Below are positions 20,950 to 30,054 of a stretch of 34,106 nt of DNA, piece by piece. The first letter of the stretch is position 1; every line of letters starts with the position of its first letter. Origin of the DNA: Dokdonella sp. (lineage in GTDB: Bacteria > Pseudomonadota > Gammaproteobacteria > Xanthomonadales > Rhodanobacteraceae); the NCBI GenBank assembly GCA_036398645.1, contig DASWOS010000068.1:1-34106 (forward strand). Reading direction: 5' to 3'. The notes under the pieces were generated by a model. The model made no database searches. It was not told the origin of the DNA and saw only the letters and a list, made by a program, of their open reading frames with translations. The position numbers and the translations under genes were made by a program.

Positions 20950-21916
20950 CCTCGAAGCCGGCGCCGTCGCGGTGCGCGCGCTCGCTGAGCACGCGCCGGT
21001 ACGCGCGCGCGCCGGGCAGGCCCTGATACAAGCCGAGCAGATGCCGCGCGACGTGCTGCAGGCGCCCGCCGCGCGCGAGGTGCGCGTCGACGTACGCGCG
21101 CAGGCCGCGCAGCACCTCGTCGCGGTCGGGCAGCGGCGTGCCGTGCAGCACGTGCTCGATCTCGGCGAGCCGGTACGGCTCGTGGTACGCCGTGCGTCCG
21201 AGCATGACCCCGTCGACGCGCGCGAGGTGCGCACGCACGTCGTCGACGCTCGCGATGCCGCCGTTGACGACGACGACGAGCTCCGGATGCTCCTGCTTCA
21301 AACGATGCACGCGCGCGTAGTTCAGCGGCGGCACCTCGCGGTTCTGCTTCGGCGACAGGCCTTCGAGCCAGGCCTTGCGCGCGTGCACGACGAACGTGCC
21401 GCACCCGGCTGCACGCACCGCGTCGACGAACTCGGCGAGCGCCGCGTATTCGTCCTGCTCGTCGACGCCGATGCGGCACTTGACCGTGACCGGCACGGCG
21501 AGCCCGCGCGCCGCGATCGCCGCGCGCATCGCGGCGACGCAGTCGGCGACGAGCGCCGGCTCGCGCATCAGGCACGCGCCGAAGCGGCCCGACTGCACGC
21601 GGTCCGACGGGCAGCCGACGTTGAGGTTGATCTCGTCGTAGCCGAGCTCCGCGCCGATCCGCGCCGCCTCGCCGAGCTCGGCCGGATCGGAACCGCCGAG
21701 CTGCAGCGCGACCGGATGCTCCGACGCGTCGAAGCCGAGCAGGCGCTCGCGGTCGCCGTGCACGACCGCGCTCGCGGTGACCATCTCGGTGTAGAGCCGC
21801 GCATGCGGCGCGAGCCGCCGATGGAAGAACCGGCAATGCCGGTCGGTCCAGTCCATCATGGGTGCGGTAGCGAAGATTTTTTCGTTGTAATTCAATGGAA
21901 TATCCAGCAAAATCAA
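20894..21916 (-). CDS. dusA: tRNA-dihydrouridine(20/20a) synthase DusA
   Basis: APMMDWTDRHCR, LQLGGSDP, INLNVGCPSDRVQSGRFGACLM, VHARKAWLEGLSPKQNREVPPL; AT-rich N-terminal codons; exact start uncertain. Confidence 0.95.
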   Translation of the reverse strand: MILLDIPLNYNEKIFATAPMMDWTDRHCRFFHRRLAPHARLYTEMVTASAVVHGDRERLLGFDASEHPVALQLGGSDPAELGEAARIGAELGYDEINLNVGCPSDRVQSGRFGACLMREPALVADCVAAMRAAIAARGLAVPVTVKCRIGVDEQDEYAALAEFVDAVRAAGCGTFVVHARKAWLEGLSPKQNREVPPLNYARVHRLKQEHPELVVVVNGGIASVDDVRAHLARVDGVMLGRTAYHEPYRLAEIEHVLHGTPLPDRDEVLRGLRAYVDAHLARGGRLQHVARHLLGLYQGLPGARAYRRVLSERAHRDGAGFEVIEQAIAARAGEARRRAA

Positions 21917-22011
21917 ACCAGTGGAGACGGCCGCTCACCCCCTCGTGTGCACTCGGAATCGCCCGTTGTCGCCCCTCTACGCTCTACCGGTGCACACGTA
22001 GCGCACACGAC

Positions 22012-22345
22012 ACGGCGAGCTTCACGCGCCTGCCGTCGGGCCACTGGCGGGTCCACATCCGACGCAAGCCATCGTATGCGAGCGAGACGTTCCTGCGCCA
22101 CGAAGACGCGCGCCAGTGGGCGACCGCGACCGAGCGGCGCATCGACCTCGGCGAAGCACCGACGAAGCGCGCGAAGGTCGACCCGACGTTCTCGTACGAT
22201 CGCAAGGATCCCGGCGAGAAGGCGGGCGACGACCCGCTGGTTCCGCCTGCTCGATCTCACCGGTTTCGATGCCCTGCAGCTCGTGCACGAACTGCGCCGC
22301 CTCCGGCCGCGCGGCGAGCGGATCTTCACGTACAACAGCCGCTCG
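22012..22345 (+). pseudogene. dusA-associated tyrosine integrase (DAI) remnant
   Basis: (ACG)ASFTRLPSGHWRVHIRRKPSYASETFLRHEDARQWATATERRIDLGE is the N-terminal arm domain. It is fused by deletion to DRKDPGEKAGDD..VP, then frameshifts into LLDLTGFDA...RIFTYNSRS from the catalytic domain. No HxxR or catalytic Tyr region follows. Confidence 0.8.
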
Positions 22346-22512
22346 CCCGCAACTTATAAGTTACAGCTAAGTTGCAGCGATCAAGCGCCGAAGGGCTGAC
22401 CGCCTTCCTCGACTCGCTCGGTCGCGGCGAAGCGGCGCCACGTGCTCCGCAATCAACGGCCGGCTCCGTCGATTCGCGAGTGATCGCTGCGCGGACCGCG
22501 CCAGCAGGCCGT

Positions 22513-22528
22513 TTCTCAACAGCCTGCT
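22513..22528. repeat. IS-end-like sequence, inverted copy at 24438-24453
   Basis: TTCTCAACAGCCTGCT versus the reverse complement of AGCAGACTGTTGAGAA: 15/16 identical. Confidence 0.5.
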
Positions 22529-22618
22529 GAGGTGTGACGTGATTTGCCACGGTTTGGCGTAAGTAAAGGACGCCCGGCCCGAGCTCGGAGTCCACTCCGC
22601 AAGAGTCTGTTGTGCCAA

Positions 22619-22828
22619 GGCGATCCATGGCGGCGATGGAGGGAACTCGAAGTAGTGGAGCTCGCCGAGCCCGACCTGCTGGACCGGCTCGACCATCGGC
22701 GCCTGCTCGGAACGATCGGCGACATTTCGTCGGCGGAGACCGAAGCGAACGACGATCGGTTGCGATGCGAGCTCGCGAACGCGGCGTGCCTCACCCCGAC
22801 GAGTCCCCGCAGAAGTCGAGGCGGCCCA
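22619..22828 (+). mobile_element. IS3-family 3' remnant (transposase C-terminus plus degenerate right end)
   Basis: PWRRWRELEVVELA..LDRLDHRRLLGTIGDISSAETEA resembles the IS3 OrfB end PWRSFEAVEFATLEWVDWFNHRRLLEPIGNIPPAEAE; ends GGCGGCCCA, similar to the GGCGGTTCA terminus. Confidence 0.7.
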
Positions 22829-23024
22829 GGCTACCGGTCGATTCCGAGAGACAGCCGCTGCAGGCCCGCTTCCCTGCCTGCGTCAGATATGTGCCCGGAA
22901 ATCGGCGGACATCAAGCTTGCGCCAGGAGCGCACGAAAAAATCGGCGGATTTTAATGCATTTCGACGTATGCCGGTTCAACTGGCGTATCAACGCTTGGA
23001 TCATCACCTGCGACTGGACTTCAG

Positions 23025-24395
23025 ATGAACTTTGTATATCGCGTTTTGGTAGCGGCACTGGCCATCGTATGTGAAGGCGCCGGCGCGGCCGTCGACGGCA
23101 GCTACGACCCCTCGTTCGGCAACGGCGGCCGCGAGTCCGTCGATGTGACGGATCTCGATTCCGACGCAGCTCGCGTGGTGCGGGCACTGCCAGACGGCAC
23201 GTTATTCGTCGCCGGCGGTTGCTTGAACCTGTCGTCCGGCACCCCGGGCGTTACCTGTGCTGCGTGGATCAATCCGGATGGCAGCCTCGCCCTGGGGTAC
23301 GGGCCGTCAGGATCCGGCAAGGTGCGTTTCGACGAGTACACCGGTTGGCCGACGGACGGCATTCTCGCTTACGATGCGCGACGGCTTGGCGACGGCCGCC
23401 TGGCCGTCGTCATCGGCACCTCCTCCGGTCAACCCGGCTACCTCGTTGCCGTGAAGGCCGACGGATCAGGCCTCGATCCGGCTGTCGGCAACGGCGCGGG
23501 CTATGTTCAACTGCCGACGATCGGTACCTCGATCGCGATACGCCCGAATGGAAAACTCGTGATCGGGGGATCCGTCGTCTCTAGCAGCACGTCGGTGCCG
23601 ATCGTTATCGCGCAATACCGCTCCGACTTCACGCTGGACGCGGACTTCGGCGACCAAGGCTTAGCGACGGTCGATTTTACGCTCGGCGGATCACCGACCG
23701 TCACCGACCACGTCAAGATCGCGTTGCAAAGGGACGGCAAGGTACTCGCGATAACGACCATCTTCGGAGCAACGTCCGGATCCGAGTTGGCCATTGCGCG
23801 GGTCACGGAGAACGGACGACCCGACTCGGCCTTCGGTATCAACTCCGATGGACGGTATCACAGTAATTTCGGTGCGAGCTACACGTCGGGGTCCTCTGTG
23901 CTGGAGGACGCCCGGGGACGAATCGTCTTCGCCGGCAACTCGCCGGACGACACGATAAACAGCCCGTGGCTGGTGGGGCGCCTCTTGGGAGGGGGAGCGG
24001 TAGATCCCGCGTTCAACGCGGGACATCCCCAGCAATTTCTGGTCCTTCCGGCCAACACAGGCGGGGGTCAGTCCACCAGTGACCTGGTGCTGCAGTCGGA
24101 TGGACGTATCCTCGTCACCGGGCGCGTCGACCGGGCTCCGGACTCGGCGACCTATTATTTCGGGGTTGCGAGACTGTTGGACAACGGCAGCTTGGACGGA
24201 AGCTTCGGGCTCTCGGGAGTCTCCTACGGCGGCCTGTCGGACGCGCCCGACAGCCAGTCGGATTATCCGGCTTCGATGGTGATGGCGGACGGCGGACTTG
24301 TGATCGCCGGTTTCACCACGGTTGCGAGTGGGGAGACGCGCTTCAGTCTGTCCGAGCTGACGATCGATCTCATCTTTGCAGACGGCTACGACTAA
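23025..24395 (+). CDS. Secreted delta-60 repeat (beta-propeller-like) protein with C-terminal DLIFADGYD motif
   Basis: Signal peptide; repeated DGSxDPSFG / LDADFG / PDSAFG / VDPAFN / LDGSFG and QxDGKI/GRI motifs; intact 456-aa ORF. Confidence 0.88.
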   Translation: MNFVYRVLVAALAIVCEGAGAAVDGSYDPSFGNGGRESVDVTDLDSDAARVVRALPDGTLFVAGGCLNLSSGTPGVTCAAWINPDGSLALGYGPSGSGKVRFDEYTGWPTDGILAYDARRLGDGRLAVVIGTSSGQPGYLVAVKADGSGLDPAVGNGAGYVQLPTIGTSIAIRPNGKLVIGGSVVSSSTSVPIVIAQYRSDFTLDADFGDQGLATVDFTLGGSPTVTDHVKIALQRDGKVLAITTIFGATSGSELAIARVTENGRPDSAFGINSDGRYHSNFGASYTSGSSVLEDARGRIVFAGNSPDDTINSPWLVGRLLGGGAVDPAFNAGHPQQFLVLPANTGGGQSTSDLVLQSDGRILVTGRVDRAPDSATYYFGVARLLDNGSLDGSFGLSGVSYGGLSDAPDSQSDYPASMVMADGGLVIAGFTTVASGETRFSLSELTIDLIFADGYD

Positions 24396-24570
24396 TCGTT
24401 GCTTTGTGGACTTACCGGCAAACCGCCTCCGACCTTTAGCAGACTGTTGAGAAGCGCCTCGACTGCGCAACAAGCACAGCTTCCATCCATCGCAGGACGA
24501 TGTCGCATGCGGGTAATTCAATGAATTATCCGAAAAACAGGCCCGTGAAGACGGCCGCCTCTCGTGTGCG

Positions 24571-25230
24571 CAAACCTGCTCCCTGAGCACGGACGCCAAG
24601 AAGCTGTGGAGTCAAGCGGCTTGCTTCGGCTTCTTGGCGTAATCGTTGGGTGAGAGGTAACCAAGGGCCAAGGGCGGAGTGCAGGCGCGAGGGATCGTAG
24701 AAGTCGTGGATATAGCGGGCGACGGCGGCGTAAGCGGCGGCCTTGGTCTGATACACGCCGGTAGCTTCCTCGTTCCTGAGCGTGGCGAAGAAGCTCTCGC
24801 CCGCCGCGTTGTGCCAGCAGTTGCCCTTGCGGCTCATGATCGACTCGACGCCGTGCGCCGCCGAGGTCTTGCCGAAGTCGCACTGGCGTATTGGCTGCCA
24901 CGATCGGAGTGGAACAGCACGCCGGCACCGACCGGCGAGGCCGCATTCTCGGCACGCAGCCGGGCCAACTCGCTTTCCATCTTACTGACCGGCTGAAGGC
25001 TGGGCGAACTGAACGGGCGACCGGCACGCAAAGCGTCCAGCATGGCCGCGTATCTTGACTGACACGTCCAATTGCCGGGCCGCTTTGGCCCGATCGATCG
25101 CTTCGGCCGGGGCCAGAGCTCGGACCTTGAAGTCGTCCGTGTAGCGGAGACGGCTGATGCGTTGCATGTATACCTCCAGGGGGCGATCAAAGTATCGCTT
25201 CCCGGCATCCGTTTCAGCGGGACGGGTTCA
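24571..25230 (-). mobile_element. Internally deleted IS3-family element
   Basis: Left end TGAACCCGTCCC... at 25230; OrfA MQRISRLRYTDDFK...ELARLRAENA joined directly to OrfB LFHSDRGSQYAS, then MSRKGNCWHNAAGESFFATL...RLHSALG; degenerate right IR at ~24571-24597. Confidence 0.85.
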
Positions 25231-25320
25231 GTTCGAACACGGCCGATCGAACAGCGCCGAGATGCTGCGGGCACCCTACGGTCGTGTCGGTGAGTTCCAA
25301 GCCGCGGGCGAACGGGCAAG

Positions 25321-25422
25321 ATCTACATCGTGCTGCTGCAGATCCTCGCCTACCGGGGCACCGTGTTGCGCGGCACCGACGTCGATCAGTCACGCGATCT
25401 CGCCAAGAGCGCGACCGTCAAT
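25321..25422 (+). pseudogene. glmS: Orphan degenerate 3' end of glmS
   Basis: IYIVLLQILAYRGTVLRGTDVDQSRDLAKSATVN versus the conserved GlmS C-terminus [33 protein letters not shown] (recalled); stop codon lost. Confidence 0.8.
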
Positions 25423-25573
25423 GGCCGCCCAGCGCCGACACCGGCGTTCCGGAGCCGGCGGGCGTTTCATGCGCAGCGCACGCCAGAGGCGCTGCACGGG
25501 CGCGGCGGGATTTCATCCTCGCCGCAGGGGCAGATCCTGCAGGCGACTGCCGATGCCGCGTCGGTGTCGGCGG

Positions 25574-26226
25574 TCAGGACGGGTCGAAGCCGTCGCGGAA
25601 TATCACATCGTCCGTCGCACGCACTAGCGTGATGCCGTCGAACCATGCGTCGGGCCCGCCACCGTCCGTCCGCACTGGACCCGTCGCCGGAGCGACCGGA
25701 TTGCCGTTGATGCCGACCGCGTAGATCGTCAGCGAGGTGTCGTCGCCCAGATTGCGGCGGGAACGTCGATCGCCGCCCCGACTGCGGGCTTGTGCCAGGC
25801 CGTGTCTTCGGCGAGCATGAATTCGCCGGTCGCATCGGGCGCGCCGTCGGTGCAGCCGAATACGCTGCCGTTCTTGCGCAGCTCCCATGCGAGGCGCGCC
25901 TGGTTGTGCAATGGCGCGCCATGGCTTGCGCGACCCCAGCCGTTGAGCAGATAGGTGCCCGGTCCCGGAATATGCACGCACTGCACGCACGGCGAGGCGC
26001 ACATCGTCGATGCCGAGCGTCGCCTTCAGCGATCCGGAGCCGGCGGCCCGACTGCGTTCTGCGTGCCGTCCCACTGTGCGGACGCGATCGCGTCCCACAG
26101 GTGCAGATCGTGGTCGAAGTCGGGATTGAGTTCACTGTAGGCACGAAGGAGTGATGTGCAAGCGGACGTCCCGACGGTTCGGATCGCAACGTCACTCCTC
26201 TGCCGCTCCGAACCGAAACGGCGCAT
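25574..26226 (-). pseudogene. Frameshifted secreted-type protein with C-terminal DDVIFRDGFD motif
   Basis: Protein-like segments in alternating frames (ELNPDFDHDLHLW; QCVHIPGPGTYLLNGWGR..FGCTDGAPDATGEF; AWFDGITLVRATDDVIFRDGFDPS-stop). 5' limit approximate. Confidence 0.7.
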
Positions 26227-27001
26227 GCCGAAAAAACGCGGGCAACGTTCCGACCGGCGGGTTTGTGACAGCCAGATCGAGACGGATGAATCCTCGCGTC
26301 GAAAGCAGCGCGAGCGCGGCGGCACGGCATCCCTCGCCCACACTCGAGCGCGAGAGCAGACGCTCACGGTCTGCGATAGGACACCTTGATCGTCTTACCC
26401 GACGCCGCGCTCGTGTAATCCCCGTGGGCCAGCGTCACCAAAAAAAATCGACATCGTCGAAGACGACCGCGCCCAGTGGATCGACGTCGATCGGTACGAT
26501 CGTGCCCTTGCTCGGAGCTTCGACGGGAAAAGCCATTCGAACGAGGGTGAAGCGCAAGCCGCTCTTCGCGCCCTGGCCCGCCGTCACACATCTCGTGACG
26601 GCCGAACTGTCGGAGCGATGCTTGGTAACCGAACAGGGCACAAGGATCGGCCGCACGAGCCTGACCTACCAAGGCAGCGGATCGCAGGACGAATCGCTGA
26701 AAAGACCCGACAGGTAAAGACGAAGCATTGATCCAATCGGCGCGCTTCGGTAAGCGCTTTGACGATCGCAGGTACCGCAATCGAATTCAGCGGAGCGAGC
26801 GATCGACGGTTGCTGACTCGATCGTCCGCACATGGTGATGATGGGCGCACCGCCCGGGCAGTCGATCTTCGACCTATGGGACCTTGCTCGCCGCCGCGGA
26901 GTCGCTTTGAATGAGCTCGTCGGAACGGGCCCGTATTCGCGCGGCCCGATCCAAGGACGGCCGGGTTTTCGTCACCGGCAGGACGCTCGACCCTGGGGCC
27001 T

Positions 27002-27973
27002 TCATCGAATGACCGGCTGCGAGTTTCGCAATTGCTCGATCGTGGTCCGAAGATCGACCGTCCAGATGTTGTACAGCCCATTATTCCACGCGTTCATATC
27101 GTTCAATATGCGCTCGGCATGTCCCGCGGGAATCGGATGGGGCGCCGGAACGAGCCGGTCGCTCGAGAAGTACAGCGTATCGTTGTCCGGACTCAAGCGC
27201 GGCTCCGCGTCCGAGCTCGATGTATTGATCCCATCGCCGAGGTACACGGGGCTCGCCCAGCCTTGCTTCGTTTTGAATGCGATGAACAGGTCGATGTCCT
27301 TCCCGGCGTGCCGACCCGAGCCGAACACGATGAACGACTGGTCTCGCGCGACCGCGGGATCGACGTCCGTTTCGGTGCCGTCGCTGAACGGCAGCGGTGT
27401 CGGTGCTTCGTAACCGCCGCCGGCGTCCCGCCTCGCCTCGAACAGTTGGAATCGATGCGTGGTGGCGTTCGGACGCATGAAGAACAACGTGCCGTCACCT
27501 GCGATGCTCGGTGAATACGTCGAGCCCGAGGCGTTCACTGCGTCGGGAAGACGGACCGGCTCGCCCCAGCCGCCGTCCGCTCGCTCCACTCGCCAAAGAT
27601 TCGAGCCTTCGCCCGGCTGTAACTTGCCGCCCATTGCGCCGTCGACGGGCCTCCCATTCGGAAGCCTCGGGCGGTTCGAAGCGAAAATCAGATAGGACCC
27701 GTCGGGCGCCATCGCGGGCTCCATGTCGATCCATCGGCCCGAGAATGATGCGATCTGCGGCGGAGACCAGCCATCCGGTTGCGTTCGCTGCGAGACCAGG
27801 ATGAAAGACGCGGCCGCCGTGCTGCGACCGAAATACAGCGTACGTCCGTCCGGCGTGAACGCCGGCGCGGAATCGTGGGCGGCGCCCGAGATCCCTCCGG
27901 GCGAGAAGACCGTCGGCTTGGCCGCCGGCGGCGGCTGTGCCGCTGAGATTGCGAGGATGACGGCGAAGATCAA
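27002..27973 (-). CDS. Secreted WD40-like (PD40)/TolB-type beta-propeller protein
   Basis: Signal peptide; repeats PAFTPDGRTLYF, PAMAPDGSYLIFASNR, PSIAGDGTLFF, PAVARDQSFIVFGS, PRLSPDNDTLYFSSDR; TTG start with GGAG 7 nt upstream. Confidence 0.88.
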   Translation of the reverse strand: MIFAVILAISAAQPPPAAKPTVFSPGGISGAAHDSAPAFTPDGRTLYFGRSTAAASFILVSQRTQPDGWSPPQIASFSGRWIDMEPAMAPDGSYLIFASNRPRLPNGRPVDGAMGGKLQPGEGSNLWRVERADGGWGEPVRLPDAVNASGSTYSPSIAGDGTLFFMRPNATTHRFQLFEARRDAGGGYEAPTPLPFSDGTETDVDPAVARDQSFIVFGSGRHAGKDIDLFIAFKTKQGWASPVYLGDGINTSSSDAEPRLSPDNDTLYFSSDRLVPAPHPIPAGHAERILNDMNAWNNGLYNIWTVDLRTTIEQLRNSQPVIR

Positions 27974-28019
27974 GGATCATCTCCAGTAGGACGAGAGGCC
28001 GATTGCGACGACGAAAGGC

Positions 28020-28133
28020 CGCGCCGTCGGCGGTGCGGAGCACCCCGCCGGACTGCAGCTTGACCAAGGATCGAGCGCGGTCATCGAAGGCATCGGCGCG
28101 TCGAACGATATCGATCCAGTGCGGAGGCTGCAT
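28020..28133 (-). pseudogene. Possible MarR-family winged-helix fragment
   Basis: IVRRADAFDDRARSLVKLQSGG resembles the MarR wing (V.R..D..D.R...V.LT..G); short and degenerate. Confidence 0.3.
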
Positions 28134-28676
28134 CAGGGGAGATCGATCGACATGAGGACGAACCGAACGCCGAGGCGCCGATGAGCGCCACGCCGGTCAC
28201 GTTCGCAAGTCCATCGCGACCGACGAGGGCGGCATCGGCACGTGCGCTCGCAAGACCCAGAACGCGCTCGCGAGTCAAGCGGCACGAAGACGCTCCGGCG
28301 AGAATTTGGTGACCGACCGAGCACCTTGCCGGCCGGCCTACGGCTCGATGCACGGTAGCGCGAGAGGCGCCGCCACGATCGTTCGGGCCGGGTCTTCGGA
28401 GGCGCAAAGCGCGCCGACTCGCTTTGCATTTTTCGCCCCGCCGATGTACGCGGGCTGCGCGGTCGCCGCTCTCGCGGGCTCGTGGACGCAGGCGGCGATT
28501 CCCGACGTCGCCGAGCCGATACGCCGCCGAGCACCTGCAACGCATGGTCATTCCGACGGCGAAGTCACCGCGGCTCGCCGAGCGGTGTCGCTGTGAAGCC
28601 GGAGTACAGGAGCTGTCCCGACGCCGGAAGCGCTGCTCGCGACGTCGACGCGGGCATGTTCGGGTCCGATCGCGGG

Positions 28677-29246
28677 CTACCGTCGGCGCCAATTGACTTC
28701 GACGATCCGCCAGCCGCCCGCGAGCCGATCGATCCGGGTCAGGGACAACGGGTCGACGACGAATCGCAACGCCGCCTCGGGCGCGAGATCGAGCGCGATC
28801 GACAATATCGCGCGGATCGTTCCGGAGTGGACGACCAGGATCGAATGGCCCGAGGGTAGCGCTTCGATGCCCGCTCGCGCTCGTGCGATCTGTCCGACGA
28901 AGCTTTCGCCGCCGAACACCGCGTTCTCGGCGGGCGCGCGCCAGAATTCACGGTACGCTTCGCCCTGCTCGGCCGCGAGTTCGTCGTGGCGCCGGCCCGT
29001 CCACGCTCCGAAGTCCTGCTCGCGGAACGCGGCGAGCTCGGCGGCATTCAAGCCGAGCGCCCGCGCGGTTTCCACGGTGCGCCGCGCCGGGCTGCACACG
29101 GCATGGCTCACCGCCGGCAGCCTGGCCTTCAGCGCGGCGAACGCGGCGACGTCTCGAAGATCGGCCGGCGCGTCCGGCCCGTGGATGATTCCCTTCGCGC
29201 CGGCGACCGGCGCATGACGGATCAACCACAAGCTCGCGTCACTCAT
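28677..29246 (-). CDS. Histidine phosphatase family, probable alpha-ribazole-phosphate/adenosylcobalamin-phosphate phosphatase (CobC-like)
   Basis: LWLIRHAPV, CSPARRTVET, REQDFGAWTG, GGESF, VVHSGTIR; immediately downstream of cobS. Confidence 0.8.
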   Translation of the reverse strand: MSDASLWLIRHAPVAGAKGIIHGPDAPADLRDVAAFAALKARLPAVSHAVCSPARRTVETARALGLNAAELAAFREQDFGAWTGRRHDELAAEQGEAYREFWRAPAENAVFGGESFVGQIARARAGIEALPSGHSILVVHSGTIRAILSIALDLAPEAALRFVVDPLSLTRIDRLAGGWRIVEVNWRRR

Positions 29247-29282
29247 ACGGGCGGACCGGCGGTCGCTATCCGCGTGATTTTA

Positions 29283-30032
29283 TCAATGCACGGATGCGAC
29301 GAGGACGAGAATCGCCGTCTCGCTCAGCTGTTCGGTGGCGCCCAATACGTCTCCGGTCAGGCCGCCGATTTGCCGGCGCGCGAGCCATACCATCCCGATC
29401 GCGCACGCAGCCGTCACGAGGACGGCGCCGAGCGCGAGCCTCAACGGAAACGTGACGAGCACGACGCCCATGCCGAGCGCGACGGCCGTCGCCACCGTCG
29501 TGGAACTCGGCCGGCCCGCGTTCGCCGCCAATCCGTCCTTCCGGGCGATCGCGGTGCTCATCGACATGCACGGCAAGACGGCCCGCGCCAGCGCGTGTGC
29601 GACAATCAGGCCGCGCACGGTGGCCTCGCCTCGGCACGCGGCCACGGCCGAGAGCTTGGTCACGAACGTGACGATCAAGATCAGTGCACCGTACGTTCCG
29701 AGCCGGCTGTCGCGCATGATCTCGAGCTTTCTCGCCCGATCCGTACCGCCGCCGAAGCCGTCGGCGACGTCGGCGAGACCGTCTTCGTGCAATCCGCCGG
29801 TGAGGAGTGCGCCCGCCCCCAAAGCCATGGCAGCGGCGGCGAGGTCCGGCACACCGGCCGCGCGCAGGCCGATGCACAGCGCTGCGATGAGCGCGCCGAT
29901 CGCTGCGCCGACCAAAGGAAAGAGTCGAGTGGCGCGCGCGAAGTCGGGCGGCGTCGGGCCGTGCGGATGAGGCATCGGGAGGCGCGTCAAGAACGCCACC
30001 GAGGTTCGAAGGTCCGCGGCCCAGCTATTCAT
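29283..30032 (-). CDS. cobS: Adenosylcobinamide-GDP ribazoletransferase (cobalamin synthase)
   Basis: AFLTRLP, FPLVG, TGGLHEDGLADVADGFGG, LEIMRDSRLGTYG, GGLTGDVLGA; ATG at 30032. Confidence 0.93.
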   Translation of the reverse strand: MNSWAADLRTSVAFLTRLPMPHPHGPTPPDFARATRLFPLVGAAIGALIAALCIGLRAAGVPDLAAAAMALGAGALLTGGLHEDGLADVADGFGGGTDRARKLEIMRDSRLGTYGALILIVTFVTKLSAVAACRGEATVRGLIVAHALARAVLPCMSMSTAIARKDGLAANAGRPSSTTVATAVALGMGVVLVTFPLRLALGAVLVTAACAIGMVWLARRQIGGLTGDVLGATEQLSETAILVLVASVH

Positions 30033-30054
30033 TCGTCCGAAGGAAATCGCCGTC

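Noticed and set aside
26364-26990. Possible gene fragments, including an A8 run at 26440-26447 as a phase-variation tract
   Set aside because: No recognisable family or intact ORF to switch; most likely decayed island DNA.
28480-28640. Possible cobalamin riboswitch near the cob genes
   Set aside because: Core elements (GGGAA, GCCCCCGCAACTGT, GCCACTG, B12 box) are not found in order on either strand, and the region is downstream of cobC. An Infernal search would settle it.
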